NCBI GenBank assembly: GCA_965235115.1
Contig: OZ249436.1
Span: 26,414,001-26,478,000, forward strand
Length of the DNA: 64,000 nucleotides
DNA from: Laetmonice hystrix
Lineage: Eukaryota
Direction of reading: 5' to 3'
Shown here piece by piece: positions 13,663 to 26,115 of the stretch (position 1 is its first letter; every line of letters starts with the position of its first letter). The notes beneath the pieces are model-generated. The model did not search any database. It was not told the origin of the DNA and saw nothing but the letters and a program-made list of their open reading frames with translations. A program made the translations under genes and the position numbers.

Positions 13663-14577
13663 TTGTCATCGGATATGGGATCAGCACGCGCCCTGGTTGT
13701 GTCTTCACAATAGGATAGGATCTCATTTGATCTGCATCCGTCTGTGCCAAGCTGCTGGGGTGTAAAATGGGAAATTAGACAGCGTTTTAAGGTTATCGAG
13801 TGCAAGGGGATAGGTTGCTCAAGGGATGACATTGTCAGACAATAGACAAACGTTTCCGCCTGCTATAGAACTGTTTTTTTCACAATGGGTCAGTGATACC
13901 TCCAAAATTTGATGGGAAATTACATTTTACAGTTGGCTGGAAGTTTTTAAAATAACAGCTATTCTAGTGTTGTGCCCTAATCGTACACGCACTTTAAAGG
14001 ATCTGACGCTTGCCTAATAGCGGCGCAACCAAACGGTTGGAATGTCACTTTTGTCATTGAAATCCAATCTACTATAAGGAACAACAAGGCGACCTTTCTG
14101 AAATATCCGACGGTTCCGTGTTTTTATATTAGGGATATTACATTCCAAGACAGCCCTACAGCAGGTGCCTGTAATGTACAGGAGTGTTCTCCAGCCCATC
14201 TTCGCCTGCCAGGTATCCCACACGATCGACCAGTGACACCAAGTAGGCAACCCCCAGCCCAGGATCTCCGTACATCCTGCTCTGTCTGCTGGCCCCCGCC
14301 CCCGGCATTCCATCCAGGAAGCCAGAGTTATCATCTCTGATTCTCGCAGCAGTCAAAATCCTCAACGGTTGTCAGTAAGTGGTATGCATCGAGAAACTCG
14401 GCTACATTTCAAATTATCAGCACTTCTTGGGGCACTCACAACACATGTGTTCAGCGAATACAGAAAACGGGTGAAATATTCCATGACATAATAAAACGGT
14501 CAATTTAAAATACTGAGGTGTAAACTTTGTCATATAAACGCTGGGAGTGTAGAAAGGGTTTCCATATTATATGAATT

Positions 14578-14749
14578 CAGGCGCGTGTGCAGGATTTTTT
14601 CGCATCGGGGGGGGGGGGTCGACTATGTGGCGGTCAAAGCCCCACATCAGGAGCGCCGAAGGCGTGCGTCAATATCAACCTATAAAAAAAATTGGGGACC
14701 TGAGAACGGGGGTTTCGACCCCCGAGGGCCCCCCGAGGGCACGCGCATG
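14578..14749. mobile_element. Short CAG..(C/A)TG MITE with ~5-bp TSD
   Basis: GAATT|CAGGCGCGTG ... CACGCGCATG|GAATG, with internal poly-G. Confidence 0.6.
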
Positions 14750-15048
14750 GAATGATTATACATGATAATATTGAATCTTAACCTATAGCACAGCATCTCC
14801 TCATTATTTATTCCGAGTCTTAACTCGCCCGAGGGTTGGCATATTTCTTTCGAACTTTCAGTTGAAATTTCATTTAGTATTTTGTCAGGGCGACAGGAGT
14901 AAAGGTTGAAAACTTGGCCCAGACGTAAAACGATCGATGGGTCGGCGCAGTGACATAATTTGGCAGCACCATTATGAAGCCAGATCATCTGGGTCCGGTT
15001 TCTTGGTGCAGCTGCTTGGTGCACAGTCCCGTTCCGCGCCAAATCTAC

Positions 15049-15238
15049 GGTACATCCCCCGTGGTAACTTAAACCCCACGAAATTTAGTCTGAAGTAAAG
15101 ATCCATAGCCCTGACCTTATCCCTAATCCCTAACCCCGGTCCCTACACCTCCCAAAACATATCCCTATCCCTATCTCTGACCTTAACCCGAACCCCTGCC
15201 AACAAAAATTGTGGGGAAGTTACTATGGGGGAATAGCC
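15049..15238. mobile_element. MITE with 8-bp TSD and telomere-like interior
   Basis: AAATCTAC|GGTACATCCCCCGTGGTAACTT ... AAGTTACTATGGGGGAATAGCC|AAATCTAC; the interior has CCCTAA/CCCTGA/CCCTAT-like hexamers. Confidence 0.75.
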
Positions 15239-15751
15239 AAATCTACAGCACGTGGGGCATGATCTTTTTTATCTTTTTGTGGCAGCATCGCTTCTCTGAT
15301 CTATCAGGCCAGATGATCTGGTATATTTAACACCTTTGGTATGCGACATACCGCTCCGATAATTTCCCGGACAATTAGTCCTATATAATATAACGTCGTC
15401 TATATTTCTGAAAGGATTACATGTTGCCATGGATGAATTGACAAAACGTCTGCCACGAGTATACTGATGGACGAGAAACTTTCACTCGGTGATAGCCCAA
15501 TTAAATGAAAACAGAACTCTGCCATGCTAGTCGATACTGCGTATAGATCATAATTATACCACTGCAAAGATTGATGTTATACACAAGGTGTTGCTATACT
15601 AAAAAGAAGAACGCGCGATGCATTGGGCAAGAAAACCTTTTCAGGTTTATGGTAAGAAAGTTGCGGCAGACATTCTGACGACAAATTGATCGCGGAGTGT
15701 ATATGTCTAGGTGTCATGCCCGGTCTCGGTTTGAGTCTGGCCTCAAAGCCG

Positions 15752-16575
15752 TGTTACAACCGCTAATGTAATAACGCCCACTATTGTAATAACTGGGGTG
15801 CTAGGGAGGTACCAGGGAAGTACCACCAGAGTACCGGACAGGACCAGGGGAGCATTTTTGGGGTACCCTCTGAGTACCCTCTGGGTACCCCCTGGGTACC
15901 CAGAGGGTACCAACCGGGGGGTACCAGGGAAATACTACTGGAGTACCGGACAGGACCAGGTGAGCATTTTGGGGGTACCCCCTGAGTACCATCTGGGTAC
16001 CCCCTGGGTACCCTCAGGTACCGATCTGGTCGGTAGTCCTTGAACAAAGTTTTATTACAATAGCGGTTGCGAATTCTGGCGAACGCAACCGCTATTGTAA
16101 TAACTGGGGTGCTAGGGGGTACCAGGGAAGTACCACCAGAGTACCGGACAGGACCAGGTGAGCATTTTGGGGGTACCCCCTGAGTACCATCTGGGTACCC
16201 CCTGGGTACCGTCAGGTACCGATCTGGTCGGTAGCCCTTGAACAAAGTTTTATTACAATAGCGGTTGCGAATTCTGGCGAACGCAACCGCTATTGTAATA
16301 ACTGGGGTGCTAGGGGGTACCAGGGAAGTACCACATGGTACTCAGGGGGTACCCCCAAAATGCTCACCTGGTCCTGTCCGGTACTCCAGTAGTATTTCCC
16401 TGGTACCCCCCGGTTGGTACCCTCTGGGTACCCAGGGGGTACCCAGAGGGTACTCAGAGGGTACCCCAATAATGCTCCCCTGGTCCTGTCCGGTACTCTG
16501 GTGGTACTTCCCTGGTACCTCCCTAGCACCCCAGTTATTACAATAGTGGGCGTTATTACATTAGCGGTTGTAACA
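15752..16575. mobile_element. Foldback element, TGT..ACA termini, 6-bp TSD
   Basis: AAGCCG|TGTTACAACCGCTAATGTAATAACGCCC ... GGGCGTTATTACATTAGCGGTTGTAACA|AAGCCG. Near-perfect inverted arms of ~240 bp, an internal ~199-bp duplication and many GGTACC motifs. Confidence 0.85.
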
Positions 16576-16780
16576 AAGCCGCCATTCCCATCTGATCCCC
16601 ATTTCGTCAATAAATCTTGCTCATTAGAAATCCTTAGGTCTTCCGAAAATATGATAAAAATGTCTAGTGTCCAAGACGGCGCACAACATTTAACCAAGGT
16701 ATACTTATGAAAGAGCGGCGCACGGCCCCCACTCCAAAACAAGACCAGTTGAGATGTATAGAGGATAAGACTGCACTCAC

Positions 16781-16973
16781 CCCGTGCCGTTTACATGGGT
16801 ATTTTTGGCGGGAGCAGTACGTCTGCTTCACACATTTCGCGAATCTTCTCATACAGGAAAAGTCGTCCTTGCGGCATTTCACGCAGTCGGGCTCGTCGCG
16901 GACGAAGCGGCAGGCGCTGCATGACGTGTGTTGACAATCACCTTGGCAGTCCTGCTTCCTATCAGAGATATCC
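16781..16973 (-). CDS. IGFBP-domain secreted protein, exon 3 (DISDRKQDCQGDCQHTSCSACRF...YPCKRHG)
   Basis: Strong acceptor TTTTGCCTCTCTGACTTTGCAG| and donor GGG|GTGAGT. The 193 bp equal 1 base plus 64 codons, phase-compatible with exon 2 (phase 2) and exon 4 (phase 0); 10 Cys. Confidence 0.88.
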
Positions 16974-18565
16974 CTGCAAAGTCAGAGAGGCAAAATGACA
17001 GCCACATCGCTATCAATGAAGTATGCGCATTCCTACTGTATCCATGCTTCCATCGGTGTGTGTATATACAAACGCCTACATCCGGTTGGGTCGTTCACCT
17101 TGAAAGCCCGATTTGTTAACCACAACAAACAAATGTTGTTTATCCATTCAAGGAAGGATCTGCCCTTAGACTGGCCCTACAAACAAAGAGTGAATAGTAT
17201 GTGGTCATCCTCTGAACTATCAACGAGACACAAGGATGTCGTTTGGTAGTGTCTAATGTCTACAAATAAACGCAGACTTTCTGTCCACAGGCTGATGTGA
17301 AGAGCAGCACCTTTAATAGGATGCACGTGCAGAAAGAAATACCTGCAGATAGTTCTTTATGTATACACGATGCTGGTTTGCTAATTACTAGGAAACCTTA
17401 CTGTCTCATTGACAGCTTTTGGTAAACACACCAGCGTAAACACCGGCAACGAACACAATAAACACCCGTAACCCTTTACAGCACATCCTATACACTGCCC
17501 AAAGTACGCCATACCTCGGACTGACGGCAAGCTTTTCTTTCAAGGGCGTAGGTCCAAGGCAAGGTTACTCTAGCTCTGGAGAACCGCTTCACAGTTTGAA
17601 TGTGAAAACACTCCGATGACTGGAGGCTAGGATGGACCAATTTTGCAGGTGATTACTCGCAGCTGGCCCTAATCATATTGCCAGTGGCAGAAGTGGCAAG
17701 GCCTACTCGTTGTCAAGAGGTGCCGTATCTGGGTTTTAATCTGTCTGATATTCGCGGACATTATACCATCTGTTCCGGCACTTTTATACGTGATTTATAC
17801 TGATCGCGCAGAAGATTGGCATGTGTGATTGTACGAATACTTGCACAGTAAATATGATCCTATAATTACTTTTATTCTCTATTATACCTGGAATATGGTA
17901 TCTGCACACAGATATTTGGTGATAAAGAAAATTACAACGACGAGAGTGGAAGTAACCTATAAAAAAAGGTCAAAGGTGGTGAATGATGATGGGTTTGGGT
18001 TGTCTTACATCCCCCTGCTCATGAACATCATCACAAAATAAATAAAAATAAAATAAAATAAAAAATGAGGTCGGAACTAGAATTCGGCATGGTATAGTAT
18101 TCCTGATACTATTGACGATGAACATTGAAAGAAGAGAATTGCGAATAAAGATACTGGCCTATACCGACGTCAGTATAACGGAGCTTGGTGTAGATAAAAT
18201 TAATTCTGGCGTCCTCCCTCTTCCCGTGAACCCGGATCGAATTTTTCTCTTATGAAGCTATTGCTTACTGGCTGAACCCCCTCATAAATTGCTCAGCATA
18301 TTTTGGCATCTGGTTTTACTAATGAGCATATGATTAAAGCCAGGTGCTGACTACCTATGAACATTTCCAAGACTATACAGACTAACGTGGCCCCGACTGT
18401 ATCGGGTTATAACCGGCGTCGTATTGAGTATACTAGTCAGAATGGAGATATCTTTATGTGTCTACAACATTTACACACCCTGTCACTATACGGGTAAGTT
18501 TATATAGGCCATTTTAATTTGTTAGTAACTAAAGGAATCCAGAGTATCAGTGGTTGAAATTAGTG

Positions 18566-21500
18566 CTGACTCCCACCCACCGCCACCCTTCCCCGTGTGT
18601 CTGACTCCCACCCACCGCCACCCTTCCCGTGTGTCTGACTCCCACCCACCACCACCCTTCCCCGTGTGTCTGACTCCCACCCACCGCCACCCTTCCCCGT
18701 GTGTCTGACTCCCACCCACCGCCAACCTACCCCGTGTGTCTGACTCCCACCCACCACCACCCTTCCCCGTGTCTCTGACTCCCACCCACCACCACCCTTC
18801 CCCGTGTCTCTGACTCCCACCCACCGCCACCCTCCCCGTGTGTCTGACTCCCACCCACCGCCACCCTTCCCCGTGTGTCTGACTCCCACCCACCGCCACC
18901 CTACCCCGTGTGTCTGACTCCCACCCACCGCCACCCTCCCCGTGTGTCTGACTCCCACCCACCGCCACCCTACCCCGTGTCTCTGACTCCCACCCACCGC
19001 CACCCTCCCCGTGTGTCTGACTCCCACCCACCGCCACCCTTCCCCGTGTGTCTGACTCCCACCCACCGCCACCCTTCTCCGTGTGTCTGACTCCCACCCA
19101 CCGCCACCCTTCCCCGTGTCTCTGACTCCCACCCACCGCCACCCTCCCCGTGTGTCTGACTCCCACCCACCGCCACCCTTCCCCGTGTCTCTGACTCCCA
19201 CCCACCGCCACCCTCCCCGTGTGTCTGACTCCCACCCACCACCACCCTTCCCCGTGTGTCTGACTCCCACCCACCGCCACCCTCCCCGTGTGTCTGACTC
19301 CCACCCACCGCCACCCTCCCCGTGTGTCTGACTCCCACCCACCGCCACCCTCCCCGTGTGTCTGACTCCCACCCACCGCCACCCTTCCCCGTGTGTCTGA
19401 CTCCCACCCACCGCCACCCTTCCCCGTGTCTCTGACTCCCACCTACCGCCACCCTTCCCCGTGTCTCTGACCCCCACCCACCGCCACCCTCCCCGTGTGT
19501 CTGACTCCCACCCACCGCCACCCTACCCCGTGTGTCTGACTCCCACCCACCGCCACCCTCCCCGTGTGTCTGACTCCCACCCACCGCCACCCTTCCCCGT
19601 GTGTCTGACTCCCACCCACCGCCACCCTTCCCCGTGTGTCTGACTCCCACCCACCGCCACCCTTCCCCGTGTGTCTGACTCCCACCCACCGCCACCCTTC
19701 CCCGTGTCTCTGACTCCCACCCACCGCCACCCTTCCCCGTGTGTCTGACTCCCACCCACCGCCACCCTTCCCGTGTGTCTGACTCCCACCCACCACCACC
19801 CTTCCCCGTGTGTCTGACTCCCACCCACGGCCACCCTTCCCCGTGTGTCTGAATCCCACCCACCGCCAACCTTCCCCGTGTCTCTGATTCCCACCCACCG
19901 CCACCCTTCCCCGTGTGTCTGACTCCCACCCACCGCCACCCTTCCCCGTGTGTCTGACTCCCACCCACCGCCACCCTTCCCCGTGTCTCTGACTCCCACC
20001 CACCGCCACCCTTCCCCGTGTCTCTGATTCCCACCCACCGCCAACCTTCCCCGTACCTCTGACTCCCACCCACCGCCACCCTTCCCCGTGTCTCTGACTC
20101 CCACCCACCGCCACCCTCCCCGTGTGTCTGACTCCCACCCACCGCCAGCCTTCCCCGTGTCTCTGACTCCCACCCACCACCACCCTTCCCCGTGTCTCTG
20201 ACTCCCACCCACCGCCACCCTTCCCCGTGTCTCTGACTCCCACCCACCGCCACCCTTCCCCGTGTGTCTGACTCCCACCCACCGCCACCCTTCCCCGTGT
20301 CTCTGACTCCCACCCACCGCCACCCTCCCCGTGTGTCTGACTCCCACCCACCGCCACCCTTCCCCGTGTGTCTGACTCCCACCCACCGCCACCCTTCCCC
20401 GTGTGTCTGACTCCCACCCACCGCCACCCTTCCCCGTGTCTCTGACTCCCACCCACCGCCACCCTTCCCCGTGTCTCTGACTCCCACCCACCGCCACCCT
20501 TCCCCGTGTGTCTGACTCCCACCCACCGCCACCCTTCCCCGTGTCTCTGACTCCCACCCACCGCCACCCTCCCCGTGTGTCTGACTCCCACCCACCACCA
20601 CCCTTCCCCGTGTCTCTGACTCCCACCCACCACCACCCTTCCCCGTGTCTCTGACTCCCACCCACCACCACCCTTCCCCGCGTCTCTGAGCCCCACCCGC
20701 CACCCTCCCCGTGTCTCTGACTCCCACCCACCGCCACCCTTCCCCGTGTGTCTGACTCCCACCCACCGCCACCCTCCCCGTGTCTCTGACTCCCACCCAC
20801 CGCCACCCTTCCCCGTGTGTCTGACTCCCACCCACCGCCACCCTCCCCGTGTGTCTGACTCCCACCCACCGCCACCCTTCCCCGTGTGTCTGACTCCCAC
20901 CCACCGCCACCCTTCCCCGTGTCTCTGACTCCCACCCACCGCCACCCTTCCCCGTGTGTCTGACTCCCACCCACCGCCACCCTTCCCCGTGTCTCTGACT
21001 CCCACCCACCGCCACCCTTCCCCGTGTCTCTGAGCCCCACCCACCGCCACCCTCTCCGTGTCTCTGACTCCCACCCACCGCCACCCTTCCCCGTGTCTCT
21101 GACTCCCACCCACCGCCACCCTCCCCGTGTGTCTGACTCCCACCCACCACCACCCTTCCCCGTGTGTCTGACTCCCACCCACCACCACCCTTCCCCGTGT
21201 GTCTGACTCCCACCCACCGCCACCCTCCCCGTGTGTCTGACTCCCACCCACCGCCACCCTTCCCCGTGTGTCTGACTCCCACCCACCGCCACCTTCCCCG
21301 TGTCTCTGACTCCCACCCACCGCCACCTTCCCCGTGTCTCTGACTCCCACCCACCGCCACCCTTCCCCGTGTCTCTGAGCCCCACCCACCGCCACCCTCC
21401 CCGTGTCTCTGACTCCCACCCACCGCCACCCTCCCCGTGTCTCTGACTCCCACCCACCGCCACCTTCCCCGTGTCTCTGACTCCCACCCACCGCCACCCT

Positions 21501-22458
21501 TCCCCGTGTGTCTGACTCCCACCCACCGCCACCCTTCCCCGTGTGTCTGACTCCCACCCACCGCCACCCTTCCCCGTGTCTCTGACTCCCACCCACCGCC
21601 ACCCTTCCCCGTGTGTCTGACTCCCACCCACCGCCACCCTTCCCCGTGTCTCTGACTCCCACCCACCGCCACCCTTCCCCGTGTCTCTGAGCCCCACCCA
21701 CCGCCACCCTCTCCGTGTCTCTGACTCCCACCCACCGCCACCCTTCCCCGTGTCTCTGACTCCCACCCACCGCCACCCTCCCCGTGTGTCTGACTCCCAC
21801 CCACCACCACCCTTCCCCGTGTCTCTGACTCCCACCCACCACCACCCTTCCCCGTGTCTCTGACTCCCACCCACCGCCACCCTTCCCCGTGTCTCTGAGC
21901 CCCACCCACCGCCACCCTCCCCGTGTCTCTGACTCCCACCCACCGCCACCCTCCCCGTGTCTCTGACTCCCACCCACCGCCACCTTCCCCGTGTCTCTGA
22001 CTCCCACCCACCGCCACCCTCCCCGTGTGTCTGACTCCCACCCACCGCCACCCTTCCCCGTGTCTCTGACTCCCACCCACCGCCACCCTCCCCGTGTCTC
22101 TGACTCCCACCCACCACCACCCTTCCCCGTGTGTCTGACTCCCACCCACCGCCACCCTTCCCCGTGTCTCTGACTCCCACCCACCGCCACCCTCCCCGTG
22201 TCTCTGACTCCCACCCACCTCCACCCTCCCCGTGTCTCTGACTCCCACCCACCGCCACCCTTCCCCGTGTCTCTGAGCCCCACCCACCGCCACCCTTCCC
22301 GTGTGTCTGACTCCCACCCACCGCCACCCTCCCCGTGTCTCTGACTCCCACCCACCGCCACCCTTCCCCGTGTCTCTGACTCCCACCCACCGCCACCCTC
22401 CCCGTGTCTCTGACTCCCACCCACCGCCACACCTCCCCGTGTCTCTGACTCCCACCCA
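18566..22458. repeat. 34-35-bp C-rich minisatellite, ~110 copies, in intron 2
   Basis: Unit CTGACTCCCACCCACCGCCACCCTTCCCCGTGT(G/C)T; explains the 1000+ aa repetitive minus-strand ORFs. Confidence 0.97.
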
Positions 22459-23706
22459 GCGTTTCTGGTTTGGTCAACGTGTTGGCCATGAGTGACCCAT
22501 TCGGCTTCCAACGTTCTGTTTGACCCATCGACCGACGAGTTAGGTATCTGCTCCGTTGGTCGATCTGAGCATCCATAGGCCGTAATAATATTATGGAGTA
22601 ACCCAATTAACATAATTAACTCGGTGAAATCCGATATTAATTGTTCTTTTTGCTTGTCGAACATTCTCTGGATTACAAACAGATGTAAGACTTTAAAGGT
22701 GGTACAAAGCAGCTTATTAAATAAGCTGAAAAATACCATTCGTTACACCCTCAAATTGGTACAACGGGCCATCATAGAAGGCGGGAGGGGTAGGTGGGCA
22801 GAGATTGAGATATTTCTGTGAAATCATGAAACTTAACTTCATGATAAACTTGGTTTTTGTATAACTAACGTTTTCACTTTCGATTTAATTACCAGCCATT
22901 GACCGATAGGTCCGCCCTGTCGACCAATGGGCCACGACTCTAGAGGTCACCTGGCTTTCACAGATAGGTGACCCGTTGGCTGTTCTACCCGTCCCCATTG
23001 GTCAATTGGTCTACCGATGGCACCTGTCATTATATTAGCAGGAGATTGTAAGCAAACAATTATTAAACCTCGAAGCACGTCAAACTATAAAATGAAAACA
23101 CTCCTAACCTCATAATCAGCTGCAATTAGTTTACCACAAAGTAAGGAATAACATCTATGCAGTCCGTTTGGGCTTCCAAGTAAGCTCACGATGTACTTTT
23201 CCCTTTTTTCCGGTTAAAGAATGCTCAACCAAGTATAGTACGGAATGGTATCCTATTCAGGAGAAAGCACTAAATCAAATCGCGATGTGTTTTCAAAGGC
23301 GGAGGACAAGCTGCCTTTGTGGTCTTTGTCTGTGGCGGTCACGATCATTGACTACTTGGAGCGTAAGAAAAATATACTTCGGCTTACAACTTCATCAAAC
23401 ATTTGAACAACTGATCTTTTCCATGGACTATGATAACATTCTATCTTGACTTCACAACAGGCTATTTGCGACCTCGAATAATAACCTTACAAACGACCTT
23501 ACCAAGATGAATTTTTAGATGTGAAACAAGGTTCAGACTACTGTTTATATAGGGTGCTCAAAAAGAAACTGACCTATGCCTAAATATGACAACAATAAAG
23601 CAATATGAATGTCATAACATGAGCAATATGTATTACAACAGTGTGACTCGTAATGAAATTGGCATTGCTAAAACGCTGACAAAGGAACAGCTAATAAACC
23701 CTTTAA

Positions 23707-24145
23707 AGGCAGGGTAAACACCCGGCAAATAAGGTTTCGTAGACCAAATGAAACACCAGCATTTACCTCAGGGCAATAAATGCCACAATTACGTTGTCTG
23801 AATGAAGTAATTAACGTGTAACTGCCCGATGTGTGACGCCGCTGGTTCTGCTTGTGTGTTCAACACTTTGGACGTTTACAAACGTTGGGACTCCAAGCAT
23901 CGTGTAGACAAGGTCTGTGAGCAGAGTAACACGTAATGTTACGCAATACGCCGCGGTGTGCAGCATTCGGCTCTGATGAACACACAAGAAGGTCAAGGTA
24001 AGAACCAGCGGCGTCATACATCGGGCGGTTACACGTTAATTACTTCATTCAGACAACGTAATTGTGGCATTTATTGCCCTGAGGTAAATGCTGGTGTTTC
24101 ATTTGGTCTACGAAACCTTATTTGCCCTGGGTGTTTACCCTGCCT
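23707..24145. mobile_element. Kolobok-like palindromic MITE (TTAA TSD, ~143-bp arms)
   Basis: TTAA|AGGCAGGGTAAACACCC ... GGGTGTTTACCCTGCCT|TTAA; the arms 23707-23849 and 24001-24145 are near-perfect inverted repeats. Confidence 0.88.
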
Positions 24146-26115
24146 TTAATACATGCAGGCTGTCTAACTGTCTGGCTAAAACTGCAACAATCTCACCTTA
24201 TAAAATGTCTATTTATTCAATAATGCATATTGTTACTGTCGATATTTCCTGAAACCTTCCTACAAACATAATGTCTCTATGCACTGGATACATATTTAAT
24301 TCCGTTGCTAATAGAAGTTTTCTGAAGAAAATTAGGTGGGTCAGTTTCTTTTTGTGCAGTGTAGGCCCTATAGATCTATGTTATAACCCTGAAGCCCTGA
24401 ACCCACTATGCGATTTCTGCTTGCGACACCAGTTCCAAGCATGGCGACGCAGCTCGTCGCAAGGCTTGCGACGAGCCTGTCGCAAACCTTGAGACTCAGG
24501 GACCCGAACCCACTTTGCGACCAATTCTTGCTATCAGCGTCCCAGGCTTTGCAACTGAAAGCCCTTTATTGCGTCGTATGCTAGGCCTACATACGGACGT
24601 ATTTTGGTCACATGATGTTATTGCTCGCCATCTGATTGGTCATTGCCTAGCGACGAGTCTGGCGTTGGTTGCAAGCCTTGTGACAAGAGGGGGAAATATC
24701 AAACATGTTTGATATTATCGCAAGCCATGCGACTCAATTCTTGCGACTAAGGGCTGAGTTGCAAGGCTCGCAACAAGGGAACCCACTTTGCGACTGATGC
24801 TTGCCATACCAATATTGCAAGCCTTGCAATGAGGGACTTTGTTACCGTCTTTTCCGCGTGGCGGCAGCACTATCAACCCGGTCCCCTTGGCCACATTATT
24901 ACGTTAGATAGGTCGACGAAATGCTAATCTGTCGCTGGGTGCCGGTGCGAGATGCAAAATGGACCCCCCATAATATATGGACCCCCGGTCCATATTTCAC
25001 AGTGAAATATGGACTCCCCCCATACGATATGGACCCCCCTCCGTTTTGCCTCTATTTTATATACAATGACTTGCCAAACTAGCAATATTATACAAAACAA
25101 TCATTTCTGTCAGTTTCCATAAAAAAGTTGCTTATTAGTAGGCCTAGGATTTAGGCCTACATTATGCCCTAAGCCTGGACTCCCACCACTCATCCAACAT
25201 TGTTTATGGCAGCTGGGTCCTGAATTAAAGACAGTATAAATGTGTTAAAGGAGCTATACTATATTACTAGCTTTGAGTAGCATATGAAGTTATCCCTCTA
25301 TTTTTCCGGGATGTGGGTCGAATTTAAATAGCGGAATGTGGACAATGACAATTTTGACAATGAGCATAATCAAGTACCAAGGAGACGCGGAGTGCCAAGG
25401 AGTATACCAAGTGACAAGGGGACACGAATGCTTCCGTCCACCATATATATTTGCTTTTGGCTATCCTAAAAACGTTTCCTCCTGATGTATTTTCGTTAAA
25501 AAAAACCATTCGTAGTCACATCTGTTGAGTACAACATTATATCGTATTGCGAAAACACGTACGACACGGTCAGTGTTATGGAACCTAATTTGTATTAACA
25601 GTGATGTTAACGGAGCCGTAGACGACCATTGTGTGTACAGTGTATAGGTACAGTGCACGGTAGCTCCTGACCAAACATGAGGCACGTGCCGCAATCAACG
25701 ACTTGATCAGTGTGTTAAATTCTTGACCCCCAATAATAAGTGAGGCTTTTGACCAATCGAGGTAAAATTGTTGGCAAGAAAAGCAAATTTCTGACTAGAA
25801 GGACTTCACTCTTTGGTGGAGGCCACTTCACTTGTTTAAGAACACAATGCCAGTTATATCACTGTTTTAGGCCCTTTTGTAATTGCCCGCTAAATGACAC
25901 TAAGTTTATATATAATCAAGTAAGTGACAGGTAGACACGATTGCATCCGCCATAAAAATCGTTGATTGTCCTCTCAACCAATATACAAGATGGCGGCATA
26001 GGTGCACAGCCAATATGGTGCTGAGGGTGAAGACAGCCTATTTGGATGGATTATAATGGTGGCCTCTTGCACTCACAATGGGATTTAACTCATACTGGAT
26101 CGGGTACCTGGGACA

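Noticed and set aside
18522..22739. Very long minus-strand ORFs (up to 1161 aa) rich in G/W/R/V
   Set aside because: They are translations of the 35-bp minisatellite, open in all three frames simply because the unit lacks stops on that strand.
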